64,000 nucleotides of DNA, from NCBI RefSeq assembly GCF_011386835.1, contig NC_088801.1:10664001-10728000 (forward strand), given 5' to 3'. Below are positions 11,461 through 23,879 of this stretch, in pieces. The DNA comes from Chrysemys picta bellii. Lineage: Eukaryota. The notes under the pieces are model-generated. The model was not told the DNA's origin, did no database searches, and worked only from the letters and a program-made list of their open reading frames with translations. Each line of letters begins with the position of its first letter. Within the stretch, counting starts at the first letter, position 1. The translations under genes and the position numbers were made by a program.

Positions 11461-13599
11461 AAAGCCAAGGTACAGTATTTCCTATGATTGAGAACCAAAA
11501 GCATACAGGAGCCATGACAAGGTATTTAGCAAAGTAGGCAGTTAACCTCCATGGTAGAATTTGGTCTCCTGCCATATCAAATATATCTTGTAAATTATGT
11601 CAACAAATGTTGGCAAAAGGGACAGGTGATTATGAAGATTATATGATAAATCAATAAAATAATTATATAAAGGAAGTGAAAATGTACACAGCCAAAAAAA
11701 TAAAAATGTCACTTTAGTATGTCAGACACAAGTCAAGGATATGAATATAGCTGAACGCTAGTTTATTTTAGGTTGGTCATAATCTTTAGACACACCTGAC
11801 ATTTTTGTAGTACATAATACACTTTGTTCGCACCTCCAGCTCTGTTTATTTTGCAAAGATCAATTTTTACATTTCTTCTCTCATAGGTATAACAAAGTAT
11901 TCCTTAGGACTGACTCAACCACAGCAATGCCTCCATTTTAGCAGCATAACTCAATTCTCCCTTCCAGGCTAATGTATCACCAAAAGATGTCCATCTCCAC
12001 CCCTTTTTGTTCTTTAGTAGAGTCACCATTCAGAAATAAATGCCTCCCTCCCATTCATGGGGTCCACTGATGGATGTGCCAGGACTCCTAAACAGCCTTC
12101 CTTTACTGTTCTGCACAATGATCTCGGCAGTAGAAGGTTCAAAAACCTTTCCAATGGACCAGCCCATATTCAGTACAAAATCGATTTACCATGGCTGCAG
12201 TCCCCTTTGTGTTTCTGCATCAAGCAAGGAGATTTTATTCTCCTTCATTTTTCTGCTCTGGGTTTCCTCTCCATTGTGCTTGCCTTTGAAGCTTACTGCT
12301 GTGTAGAGATGTTAAGACTTCTCCACTACACATGCTTTTCTTTTTCCACTACACAGATAGCCCGGATGGATACCGCACAGTCAATTGAGAGATTTTTGTG
12401 CACCCTCATTAAAAGGCTTTAACGTCCAGCTATGAAAGGGGATCTTCGTCAACGTTTCCAATCAAAGATGTAATCAACAAAGTCTATGTGAAGCTTCCAC
12501 ACATTATCAGCGTCCTAGATAATAAAGTGGGGAACTATGCATTCCTTATTCCACTTCAGGTTACTGCAAGAAGTAGTCCCTTTAAGCCTTTATTTGTTTG
12601 TTTAGAGAAATAACTGAATTAAGCTCAAGGAAACTGCCCAGCGTGGACACAATTCTCTCAACAATTAGGATGAGATTCATGAATCAAAATCAGCACATCC
12701 TGCCATTTTAAAGAGACTAATGAAGAACTCAAGATGACATTTTCACTGTTCTGTGTTCCTTGTTTTTCTTCAGGGAAATCACATCTATTGCATCAATGGG
12801 GCCTAATACTCTTTCAGATGACAAACACCGCAATATATTCTCATTAAAATCGTATAAGTTGTTCAACATGGGCTTAGTCCTGTCTCGGCTCTAAAAAAGG
12901 GGCAATTAAACAAATAAAATGTTCATGTGATTCGACTTATCCTATCCACATTCTTTTCTGGTTGTGCATTTAAGCTTGGTGTAGTGCAACCAAAGGGGAA
13001 AAAAGTGGAAATCTTTAATGAAGCAAAAAAAAAAAAATGCCTTACTGGGACCAAATGAAAGGCTTGAATTAATTAGCCCAGGGGAATTTCGTGCAAGCCA
13101 GAGAAACTGGGAAAGTCTTTTGCAGAGAGACAGACTGAAAACAACAGGATCCTGAATAAACATGACTGCACTACGCAACTCTCTGCGTCTGCAGCACAAA
13201 AGGCAAAACCAGAGTCTAATTCTACTTCTCGATCTTATGATGTTTCTGAAGACATAACTTCAGGAGGAAAGGCAAGAATGGCACAACACCCACAGGTACA
13301 AGTCAGCCCACTCTTTTACCCTAGTCGATCCACTTTGCTGAGATCAAAGTTTCGCCCTCTTTTTAAAATATATATTTAGTGCTGGGGAAAGAATCCAGAC
13401 AGCTGACCATTATTATTATATGTAATTGTGGTAGTGCCTGGAGCGAAGAGCTCCATCACACTAGGCGCTGTTTAAATGTAGAACAAAAAGGAAGCCCCCG
13501 CCCCACAGAGCTTACTATCTAAGAATAAAGCGAGAGACAACAGGTAGGCACAGCAAAGAGATGGCAGAGCACAAGGTTACAATGAGATCACTGATCAGT

Positions 13600-14614
13600 G
13601 TAATAAGTGGCAGTCATAGACTAAATCCCTGTTTTGCCACAGAACACATGGAGCCCAGGCAGAAGCGATGAAAGCTTCCCCAATGGGACACTGGCAACAT
13701 GCCTCAATCCTGACATGGAAGGACCCCCCTGACAGCTGAAAGCACAGTTCAGTCTCCAGGGCCCATTCAATCCATGGCCTACCAAATGCTACCGGAGTTG
13801 GTGGAATTTGGGATGCTGAACACACATCTAACAGAAAGCAGACTGAAATCACCACTCATTTCCCTTAAGTAACGAACACTACAGCAATCAGTGGGTAGCG
13901 ACTTTCAGTTGCTACCAATAAGGGATGGTGTAGAGGGGCAGCTGCCCCACTCCTGCAGAAAAGGGGTCAAAAGCAGCCCTGGAGAGGGCTGCAGCAGGGA
14001 AAGGGATTAAGAACAGCTGGGGAAGCTGACTGGGTAGCTGACTACAGCTGTGGCCAGCTTACTCAGGGCCAGCTGGCCCTTATAAGAGGGCTGTGGGCTA
14101 GAAGCTAGCAGACTCTCTCTCTAGCTTCTGAGAGAGAAGGACCTGGCAGCCTGGGAGCTGAGCAGGGTACCTAGAGTGGAGCAGGGCTGGAGGAAGGCCA
14201 GAGGAGCTGGGGAGCTCCAGCCTGAAAAAACCCAGGCTGCAGGCCTTGCTAAAGGCCAGGAAAGGTACTGGGGCTACAGAAGTGTAGCCTGGGAATAGGC
14301 AGAGGCAGCTAGTTCAACCCCCCTTGCCAACGATGAGTGGTTTACAGACTGCAGTCTGCCCCAGTGAGCAGGGCTAGATGGTGACTGGCAGTAGCCACTG
14401 AGGCAAGGTGGGGATAGAGGGTTGGGGGTTTCCCTGGGTGGGGAGACCCAGAGTGTGGCGCTTCGGAGCTGGTGAAGAGCTAATTCCTAGGACAACCAGC
14501 AGGAGGTGCCACGCCAGTGAGTCATCACACTCCGCCACAGATGGATTAAAAATCAGCTGAACTAGTGATGAAAGGTTCATAATGCATTACCAACCCCCAG
14601 AGCAATCCAGTCCC
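13600..14614 (-). mobile_element. LF-SINE, near full length, split by a solo LTR
   Basis: AGTTCAGTCTCCAGGGCCCATTCAATCCATGGCC, TGCCTCAATCCTGACATGGAAGGACC and, beyond the LTR, GATGAAAGGTTCATAATGCATTACCAACCCCCAGAGCAATCCAGTCCCC match the recalled LF-SINE consensus in reverse. Confidence 0.7.
13929..14539 (+). mobile_element. Solo LTR (Gypsy/ERV-type)
   Basis: Termini TGTAG...CCACA. Perfect 5-bp TSD GATGG (13924-13928 and 14540-14544). TATA-like TTATAAG inside. 611 bp. Confidence 0.85.
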
Positions 14615-16103
14615 CTGCAGTATCTTTTTAATTTCACTGTAGATGCAGTTGTGTTACAAATCTACACTTCTCCAGCACCTTACTCAGAGCACCCAGCGTC
14701 TAATTACAGCTTCCTGCCTGCTTTACCTCAAGCTCGCTCTGAAACTAACTTCCAGTGCCGGTGTGTTTTCATTAACACCAGACCATCCAGGGTCTATCAG
14801 GAATGGAGCACTTTACTTAAAGGAGATAGCAGAACAAACTGTGCTGACTTCCTCAGGCCATGCTCCCAAGACCTATTCTAAACTCCCACTGCCCTCAAAT
14901 CAATCTTCTGAACAAACCAAAATTGATCCAGTCCTAGATGCACCTTCCAGAAAGACCAATGCGCCCATTTTCTCCTAGAGCCCAGCTCCGTAAGATGGAT
15001 CACCGTGTGCAATTACTTCCTCACTGGCCACTAAAACATTATTAGGCCCAGGTCAGGATGACCTTGCCAGAACTTCTCAGATGTAGATATAAAACTAGGG
15101 CTTGGTGCTTCATCATACCGACCAGCTGGCTGCTAGTTTGCTCAGCCTGCAAAAAAAACAGCACAGGATCGGAGTGAGGGAATCTGACACTTCTCCAAGA
15201 GAAACACAGAGTGCCAGCTTTGAGAGAAAGTGATGGGGTTTATAGAAAGAGACCTTTAGGGAGGCTATATAAAGCCCAGCATTTAGTACTACAAGACAGA
15301 GACAAACAAGAGTTTAATCAAAACAAGATTATTACCTTAAAGAAAAAGGCTCCCCCCTACTCCATGTTGCCAAAAATTCTAGTGCCTCCATCAGAATCCC
15401 ATTCCACAACTCTTGCAGCAATAAAATTTTATCTGCCTCTTCACTACAAGTAAGCCTCCTCCCCAGGCTTCACTTAGCAGTTGCTCTATCTCCTCCTCAG
15501 AGTCTGTTGAAACAGACGCCTTCAGACTCCCTGCTTGGTCTGTCACAGTTTGCCTTGCTTCTGTCTCTTCCTCTCCAACACCAGACGTCAGCACCTCATG
15601 CTCCAGTCGTCTCTGCCAAGCTCCGTCCCAACAAGGAATTTATTTGCTCTTTCTACTGTAAAGACGACTCTCATCCTGTATTTTTTATTCCTTCCTATCT
15701 CTTGCCATCCCACTATTTATCTTCCAATTTTTTTCACCCTGAGCTCAGCCCCTAGTTTCTTTCTGGCACCTGTCCCTCTCCCCTACCTACTCCTCAAAAA
15801 CAATTAATTTAACCTCTATCCAAGGTCAAAGGCTCTAGTAACACATATTAAGAGTATGCCCCTTATTTAGGATGTGGGAACACAGTCTGATTCTCTATTG
15901 GTCTTAACAAAGGATATTTTTCCTCTGTCCCATTTCTCTCTGGATCCTTTTCTGGCTGTGCAAACTTTACATGGAATGAAAATTTCAATAGATGCTACAA
16001 GCAAAGTACATTAAAAATTATTATTTAACATTCATATTGCGTTAGCATTTAGAGGGCAACTAGATGAGGGTCCCATTGTGCCAGGCACTGCACAAGCATC
16101 TAA

Positions 16104-16755
16104 GGCCTTGGCTACACTTGCAGCTGTACAGCGCTGTGAGGTAAACCTGTCTTCGTGCAGCTGAGTAGGGAAAAGCGCTGCAGTCTGTCCACACTGACAG
16201 CTGCCAGCAGTGGCGTGGCCACACTTGCAACATTTGCAGCTGTGTTGGGAGCGGTGCATTATGGGCAGTTATCCCAGCATTCATGTGGCTGCAATGTGCT
16301 TTTCAAAACGGGGGGGGGGGGGTGGATTGTGACAGGGAGCGTGGGGGGAATGAGAGTGCTTTTTGGAGCATGTCAGCTCTCTATTTTGCAAGTTCAGAAC
16401 TCCCGGCCCCCTGCTCATTCATTTACTCACTCAAAGCAAGCTGCAAACTGTTTGCTTTTCTCTGTGGTACGAGCTTTGAAACCGGCACTTCCGCATTCCT
16501 GCAACCGGTCACAACAATAGAGAGGATTGGCCACTTGACAAGGTGATTAGTACAGCACTGCAAGCGTTTACACTCACACCCCTGAGTCGTAGCCACTCCG
16601 CTGCAGCTGTTATTCCTCTCGGAGATGTGGACTACCTGCAGCGGTGTACCCAGGGAGATACAGCGCTGTAAGTGCCCTGCCAGTGTGGACAGGGAGTGAG
16701 TTACAGCGCTGGGGGAGGCTTTACAGCGCTGTAACTTGCAAGTGTAGCCAAGGCC
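16104..16755. mobile_element. PIF/Harbinger-type MITE
   Basis: Perfect 19-bp TIR GGCCTTGGCTACACTTGCA. TAA on both flanks (16101-16103, 16756-16758). Repeated TACAGCGCTG subterminal motif. Confidence 0.85.
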
Positions 16756-19700
16756 TAAGAAACAACAATCCCTGCCACGAAGAGCTGACAGTCTGAAAGA
16801 GAAGACATACACAAGGATGAGAAACTGGGGGCAGGGGAGGGAGAGATAGCCACAGTAATGGGATGTGCACCGTTCTTAGCCAGTCAGGAGTGGCAATCAC
16901 AAGTTATTCCACAGGAAGACCTATACCCTACACAGAACTGTGTGCATTGGAAGCCTTTTTCCTTGAGCAGGATCTGTTCTTCTAAGACGGCTTTTTGAAA
17001 TGCTAGACTGGAAAACCTGCATGAGTTCAGCTGGCGGCACAAACTCTTAAAGTTGTGGAGAAATCAAACCTAAGCCTTCTTCAGACTCCTGAAGCGACGC
17101 TTGAAATAATCCCTGAAACTACGGTCTCCCCCGCTCTTGGTCCCCTAATGATAGCATCTTCTCCCAATCGAGGCAACGAGAGGTATTTAGAGCTAATCAA
17201 ATTGGGGCTTGATCATCTTTTTCTCCTCTTCATACCTGGCTTATAGGATTAAGCGGGGGAACCCTTCCAACCAAAAGCCTTGTCATGTTATCAAAGATTT
17301 CACCCTGGCATGCTGCGGTGAAATCAATGTTCCACAAAAGTGATGAATTGTTCCCCTCCCTCCCCAAACTCTGGACGTGCCCTCAGAGCCGCAGAGCTAG
17401 GCAGCCTGTGTTAGTGACTCTGCTGTATGGCTTCAGGCTGCGATAATCCCATGAGAATTACTCATTCAAAACGGTTACATATCAACTAAACTATTACCAA
17501 CCAAAACAAATCAGGATCATTTTATCCCGGGAAACTGCTTGTGCCACCATGAAATGTATTTACTGTAAAATAAATGTTTTGGGGTTTGTTTTTTTTACAA
17601 GAGCTCAATAGTTTGTTTTATAGGAAACACACAAGGTTGTTTTTAGGCCAGTTTTAGAGAGGCACAAATCAATAACTAGTCTTCTTACACTCCCACTATA
17701 AACTACCCTATGCTACCAGGGGCAAATTTGCTCCTGTGCAGACAGCCAGCAAAAGATATAGGAACCACTTAAGTCTTATTCAATCCCTGTTTTGAATTTA
17801 AAATGCAGATATTAACCTATATTATACCTACACTATTCTACAGTAACTTGCCCAAATACTGCAATTTCACTCTTGAAAGATGCAATACTTTGGTATGGAA
17901 GAACAGAACGTTGTCTCCTTTACTAAAGGTCATGGAAGAACACACAGGAGTACTAGCAGAAGGGGAGCAAACATGAAATACTTTTTCAGCAGTGTCAAGG
18001 GATTTTCAGCTCATTTCTGGCCAGGTTTTAGGAACAAACATTTCATCTGCTTTCACAGAACTTCTCATTACTGAGTCCAAGAAAAAAAATATTGCCCTAA
18101 GCAAACATAAATAAACTTCTGCCAGTAGGTCAATTTTGGTGGAATGTTGATTCTTCGCTCAGTAACACCAACATAAATAAGGAGTAAGTCCCTAAAGACA
18201 ATGAACTGATGTTGGTGCAGAGCAAGAGGAGAATCACAGCACAAGTACACCGACGTCTTCTGGGCACCCTGGAATCAGAGTAGTGGGAAGCAAGAGAGAA
18301 AAATAAGCTAACTAAAGCCAAAATATGCTCCACATTCTTTTGCAGCACAAGGAATCAGAGGCAATGCTGATTGTAACAAATGCGAGGTGCATTTTTTCTG
18401 GTCTGTGTAAAGCATGTTTAATGGCCCTGGCTGTAACTTGCAAGTAATAAGAACATTAGTCTTCATTCCCCACACATAAAATGCCTGACAGGGTTTTATC
18501 AAATAAAAAGCCAATATGCCACAGTTATCAGTAAGTGACTTCAGCAGCTACTTAAATTCTCAGTTTTTGACTCCTACTCTAAATGTTTGCTGACAAAGCC
18601 CAAAGCCCTGGCAATTGTTTCACCGTTTACATTCCAAGGTGAGGGGTGGGGAATGGCCGCCTGAAAAGTTATTTGGGAAGAGGGCTGACAACCAGCCGCT
18701 GACAAACATCACAGAAGCTGCACTTTTCACACATGAAGGTCAAGTGCTAGGTCCTCAGCTGACGTAAATCAATGCAGCTCTGTTGACTGCAATGGAGCGT
18801 CACTGATTTACATCAGGTGGGGTTGTGGTCCAAACACAGTGTCAGAAAGTGAACCTCCAAACTCTTCTTACTGCACCCTAATAGTGCACCACAGAGAGCA
18901 CTGACTTCAATGAGGCTTCACACAGCGGTAAGCAATATGACCCCAATTTAGCAAAACATTAAAGCATATCCTGAAGTCCATCCATATTCAGCAAAGCATG
19001 TCACCATATTCTTAACTTTAAGCAAGTCCAAGAAGAACTTGAGCACCTGTTTAAAGTTAAGCACGTGTTTAAGTGCTTTATAGAACACAGATGGACTCCT
19101 AAATAGAGACCTTACCTCTGTAGTGAGTGTTTGGAGGAAGGAGTCCTTAGAAAGGAATGCGGACTCCAGACACACACTTTGACACTTCTCATATTTTCCT
19201 CTACATCCTAGATTTCAAGAAACCAGAAGCTCCAGCAACCTCTTGGATAAAATCTGGGAAGAACCTGAAATTCAATTTTCAGGTCCAGATCTAAATTTTT
19301 TGAAAGGTGAGTGTATTCAGATGGACGCTTTGATTTGGGCACAGATGTCAGATTAAAAAAAAAAAAAAAAAACACACAATGACAACAAGAATCAGGGTTC
19401 CCTCAGTATTCAATCTTCTATAACTGAAACACAAGGAACCACAATTTCGTATGATCTTGATGAAAACCAGATTTGCTCAAAAACAGGTCCAAGATACTAA
19501 CAAGATTTGTCAGATCTTCAGCACACAGTACATCCGTCACATAAGCCATTTATTATGGAATGGCATTAGAACTCTGGGCTGAGAGTAAGGGATTTTAGGT
19601 GTAGCTATGGTAGGTAATTTAGGAATAGATTTATATGTTAATCTGCTAATAAAAAAATGTATCATTCTGATAAAATGTGACATTCATAACTAAACTATAA

Positions 19701-20060
19701 TCCACATATTGAGGTTTGCTTCTGCTGTACTATATAAGGTGTTGATTATGTTTAAAAAAATAACTGGATGTGCCTGAAAAATAAGAAATAAATATTTTAT
19801 CTAGGTATTTATACCACATCACTCACAGTGGTAACTGAATAGCTGAAACAGACAAGCCATATTCAAAACACTTGCAGTTAACTACAACTTAAAAACTATT
19901 TTCTTCTGTAAAAGTTACATTCTTGAAAATTTCAAAATGCAACGGATTTTAATGCAGCCTCACTAGTAAATAAAGCTATGAAAAAGGTCCAAAACTCATC
20001 TGCGTTTTGTGTTGAATGACAAACCTGGAACTCAGACCAGATTCTATTAAAGGTTTGCTA

Positions 20061-20118
20061 AAATTTGTGGACTTTGGAGGAAACTTGGAGGAAATTTGTG
20101 GACTTTGGAGGAAACTTG
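20061..20118. repeat. Exact 27-bp direct repeat, period 31
   Basis: AAATTTGTGGACTTTGGAGGAAACTTG at 20061-20087 and 20092-20118. Confidence 0.95.
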
Positions 20119-20244
20119 CTTTTGAGCAAATCTGGTTTTACATCAAGATCATATAAAATTGTGGTTCCTGTTGTTTCAGTTACAGCAGGTTGAATACTGA
20201 GGAGAACCCTGATTTGGAAATATTTTTGCAAATAAATACAAATT

Positions 20245-20450
20245 AAAATAATAATGCTACTCTTATATAGGCCTTTCTTCTGTAGCTCTAAAACCACTTT
20301 ACAAAGGATCATTATCCCCATTGTACAGATGGGGAAACTGTGACAAGGAGCTGAAATGACTTGCCCAAAGTCGCTCAGCAGGCCAGTGACAGAGCTGGGA
20401 ACAGACTGCATGTCCCAGTGCAGTAGTTTGTCCAGTAGGCAACACTACCT
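20245..20450 (-). mobile_element. CORE/MIR-like SINE
   Basis: ATTATCCCCATTGTACAGATGGGGAAACTG...ATGACTTGCCCAAAGTC...GGCCAGTGACAGAGCTGGGAACAGA resembles the reversed MIR core. Confidence 0.75.
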
Positions 20451-21837
20451 ACCAAGTTGAATTTAATAATGTCATTCCACCAATCACAGTAATCATTTGC
20501 AAGTATCCTGCTGAGTACTGGTCCTTCATGAAAATGTTTCTGAACCCTTAAAGTTCCATGAATTTTAACATGAATGAACATTTGGATGAAAATTTCTACT
20601 GAAAACTGCATTATTCACTATTCATCATTTGTTATACTTATAAATTTTTATGCAACTGTCCAGGGAAATACTGGAAGTCAGATTCTGCCATCTCTACTTA
20701 CACTGGAGTAGTGCTTTAATATGTGGACTGCTTGCAGAGTAAGGTACCAATCAACATATGTAAGGGAGGCAGTGTCAGGCCTCGAATAGTAGGAAATAAA
20801 GCAAACAGGATGTGTTTAATTCTTGTTTTTGATTCAAGACCAGAAATACAAATCTTGTTCATTCTGTTGCAGGGAGAGATGTTCAGGACCGATGGAGACA
20901 TTTTATTACCGTTAACTGCAACCCGTTGATAGGTACTATTGATTTACCAGTGGTTTTGCCCTAGAGTTAGTGATCCCTCCACAGAGAAGTGTCAGAGGGA
21001 GAGTGTCTGTAGCAAGAGCAGTTCAGTTGAAGAGCTGGCTCTGGGAAGTGCAGCTGTTTCTGATTGTCAGATTAAGAGAGAAAAAGTGAAGCAGGGTAAA
21101 GTACCTTCTCTCAATGGAAATCCTGATCGCTAAGAAGGGCAGTTTAACTAGTAAAGAAATGTATATCAGCTTTTCCTCTGTACTTGAGCTTTGCACAGAT
21201 CTGCTCCTTTACAGCTTGGTCCAAATGCCACTGAAGTCAGTGGAAAGAGTTCAACGATTTCACTGAGTCTTGGATCAGGCCGTATGGGCTTGGGCCCTTA
21301 TTCAGAAAAGGGCTTGAGCACATGGTCAATGGGATTTAGGCACTGAAGTCAATGGGACAAACTCACGTGCTGAAAGTTAAGTACTTTCTTACAAGTAAAA
21401 TTTCCAAAAGCCCCTAAGTGATTTAGGAGCATACGTCCCATTGACTTTCACTTAGGGTAAAATTTTCAAAAGCAGCTAACTGCTTTGCTGAACAGGTACC
21501 ATATTTACCTGCTTGAGGGATAGACTGAATTAAGGCCTAGATTCTGATACTCTTACTCACACTGAAAAGTACCTTACTCCACAGATAAGCCACTAAAGAC
21601 AATGTTGTTACTAAGATGCTTTTTTTCTCGGTATGAGTAAGGGCCTCCATTCTGCAAGTCTGGACCAGGTATTTATTTTGCCATTTAATATGTAAATACT
21701 TTATGGCTCAACTCCCTATTTTTTTAATGGCACCCTTTTATAAAAGGAGCAAGTATTCTTGAAACAGTTTTAAAGTTGCCTTCATGAAATAATGTCATCA
21801 ATATACATGATGCGCTCATACCCTGCAGTGCTGTGAG

Positions 21838-22433
21838 CCGAGCTGGGCAAAATGGTTTGGATGAACAGGTTATTCTTGAATAGTCATCTGAGGAGGACTT
21901 GAACTTGGGTCTAACACGTGAGAGTCCTAACTACCATGGTACAGAGTCATATATTTCTTTCTCTCCCTCCCTCTGCCCCCAATGACTATTCAAGTATTTT
22001 ATACACAGTGGAATAGCAACAACAGGAGAGACAGAGAGTCCTGCCCCCAGAATCCCCCAAAACCCTGTGATTAGGGCGCTCTCTTGGGAGGTAGGACACC
22101 CAAATTCAAACCCCTGCTCCCCATCAGGCAGAGAGGGGGATTGAAAATGGGTCTCCCACATCATGGGTGAGTAGCCTAACCACCAGCCTAAAGTTATAGG
22201 TGGCAGCAGTCAAAGCCTCACCTCCCTTCCCACTTCGTTAATCTAGCCCCTTTAAAAATACCAAGGAACAAAACGTGTCAGGTCAAGCCAAGTTTCATTC
22301 GATGGCCAATCGACTTTCTAGATACACTGAAAATTTCAGAAGTTTTCCATTTCAGTTCAGGCCAAAACAATTCCCACTCCCCACCTCCCCGAACTGCCAG
22401 TGAACCGAAAAATCAGTTATTCCCCCAGCTCTA
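21838..22433. mobile_element. hAT-type MITE containing tRNA-like units
   Basis: Termini (CC)GAGCTGGGCAAAAT and TTATTCCCCCAGCTCTA. 8-bp TSD GCTGTGAG vs GTTGTGAG. Confidence 0.65.
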
Positions 22434-23879
22434 GTTGTGAGTACTCCCAATGAAGTCAGTAGGACCTGGGGGTATTCAGTACTCAGGGTCTAGTGAGAAA
22501 TGTGTGCCAGGCAGAGTGATTTTATATATGCTGGCAAATGTCCTTGTTTAGTCCTTTTAAGAGGCCCAAATTAGCCCAGTGTATTTTTTTAAACGCGCCA
22601 TGAAGATTTTGTTTTTAAACGGACACTTTCCACCTAATCTATTAATTGTGAAGTCTAGTATAAATAGCCCCCTTACTGGCCTCTCTGTTAAAGCTGGGGA
22701 TTAGAGGGTAACCCTGTTCCTGGCTCTTGCATAAATTGAACAGTGTGTGCTATACATGCATATCATTGCCTAGGTTTAAAAAATGCCCAATATTTATGAA
22801 ACATAATGCATACGTGAGAGCTGCTTTCAGGGTGGAAAAGGAAGATGTATGGATTTCATGTTAAAGGGACATTAGCAGATTTAAAAAAACCTGTATGTTT
22901 TAAAGGCGAATTTCCGGAGTTTTGCCAGAATTTTAAAAATCTACAAGATTTTCAATAGTGACTAATGTTTTTAGGTACCTTGAGGTACCTTAAAGGGACT
23001 GATTTTCAGAAAGTTGAGAGAACTTGTCTCCTGGAAGTTCAGCTTCATTAAGATAGGGACCAAAACATTGAGACACCCAAAATCATTAGTGACTCCTGCA
23101 ATATCTTGGCCCCAGCTCACTGTTGGCCATTAGCACAGACTGTTAACATTTTTCATTTCTCTCAGCTTGGGTAGGACAAGAATAGTTTCCCCTTTGTTTC
23201 TAATCCATTTTGCTTCCTGGTTCTCAAGCACAGGCCCGGTGCTGCAGCTCTTGGAGGGGCAAACAGGGGAAGGGAATGTTTAACTTCCAATGAAAATCTA
23301 AAGCCACCCCGAACCAGAAGTGAACCTTGGATCCTGGCAGGACAGAGGGGACCAAAGCAACCTACTCTGGAGAAGGGACAGGAGATAAAGAGCTGAGAGT
23401 GAACGCAGAGGAAGAGAAAGGAAAGGACAGTCTTTACTGTCTCCTTAACATGTCCTCCTCCCCACCAAAGCCTGCCATATCTTACCCTTACCTCCCCAAA
23501 GTGTCCCCACCAGCATCCTCCTGCACTCACCCCCTTGAAACACACCCACAAAAACCTTCCCATACCCATGCCCGACCCGCCACCAAAATCCTATCCTATT
23601 TATCAGGAAACATTCATTGTTGACACATCTTTCATTGCACCAACAATACCAGTAATGTGCTTCCAGAAAACAAGGATGCGAAACAAGTTTTCATCATATG
23701 GGCAAGATGTGTTATAGTTTGTCTTTGTAATTGTAATTTCAAGATCCTAGCTCCATATTTTATGTATTGGGGGGTAATGTTCTATTCCAATTTAAAATGG
23801 GTTGAATCTCATGTCAGTATAGCACATTTTTGTTGTTGTGCTGTGAGCTTACAAGCATTCATTGCAATGCTGTATGGAA

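Noticed and set aside
11880-12560. ORFs 12040-12306 and 12057-12422, and a minus-strand GPLERFLNLLLPRS string faintly like a Gypsy integrase or Harbinger nuclease
   Set aside because: No ordered set of catalytic motifs and no convincing splice-bounded exon. The similarity is within chance by eye; a tblastx or HMM search would be needed.
13075-13380. Plus-strand open stretch of about 100 codons with a CAG|GTAC donor-like site
   Set aside because: No recognisable homology, antisense to SEMA5B and a weak acceptor.
15230-15843. Possible LTR-like segment, and ORF 15391-15594 (EEETEARQ...DSEEEIEQLL)
   Set aside because: No matching TG...CA pair with a TSD. The acidic ORF reflects a pyrimidine-rich plus strand.
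19116-19145. Possible 30-nt in-frame SEMA5B microexon (DSFLQTLTTE) with a strong GAG|gtaagg donor
   Set aside because: The acceptor is weak and there is no SEMA5B homology. Such sites are expected by chance in 27 kb.
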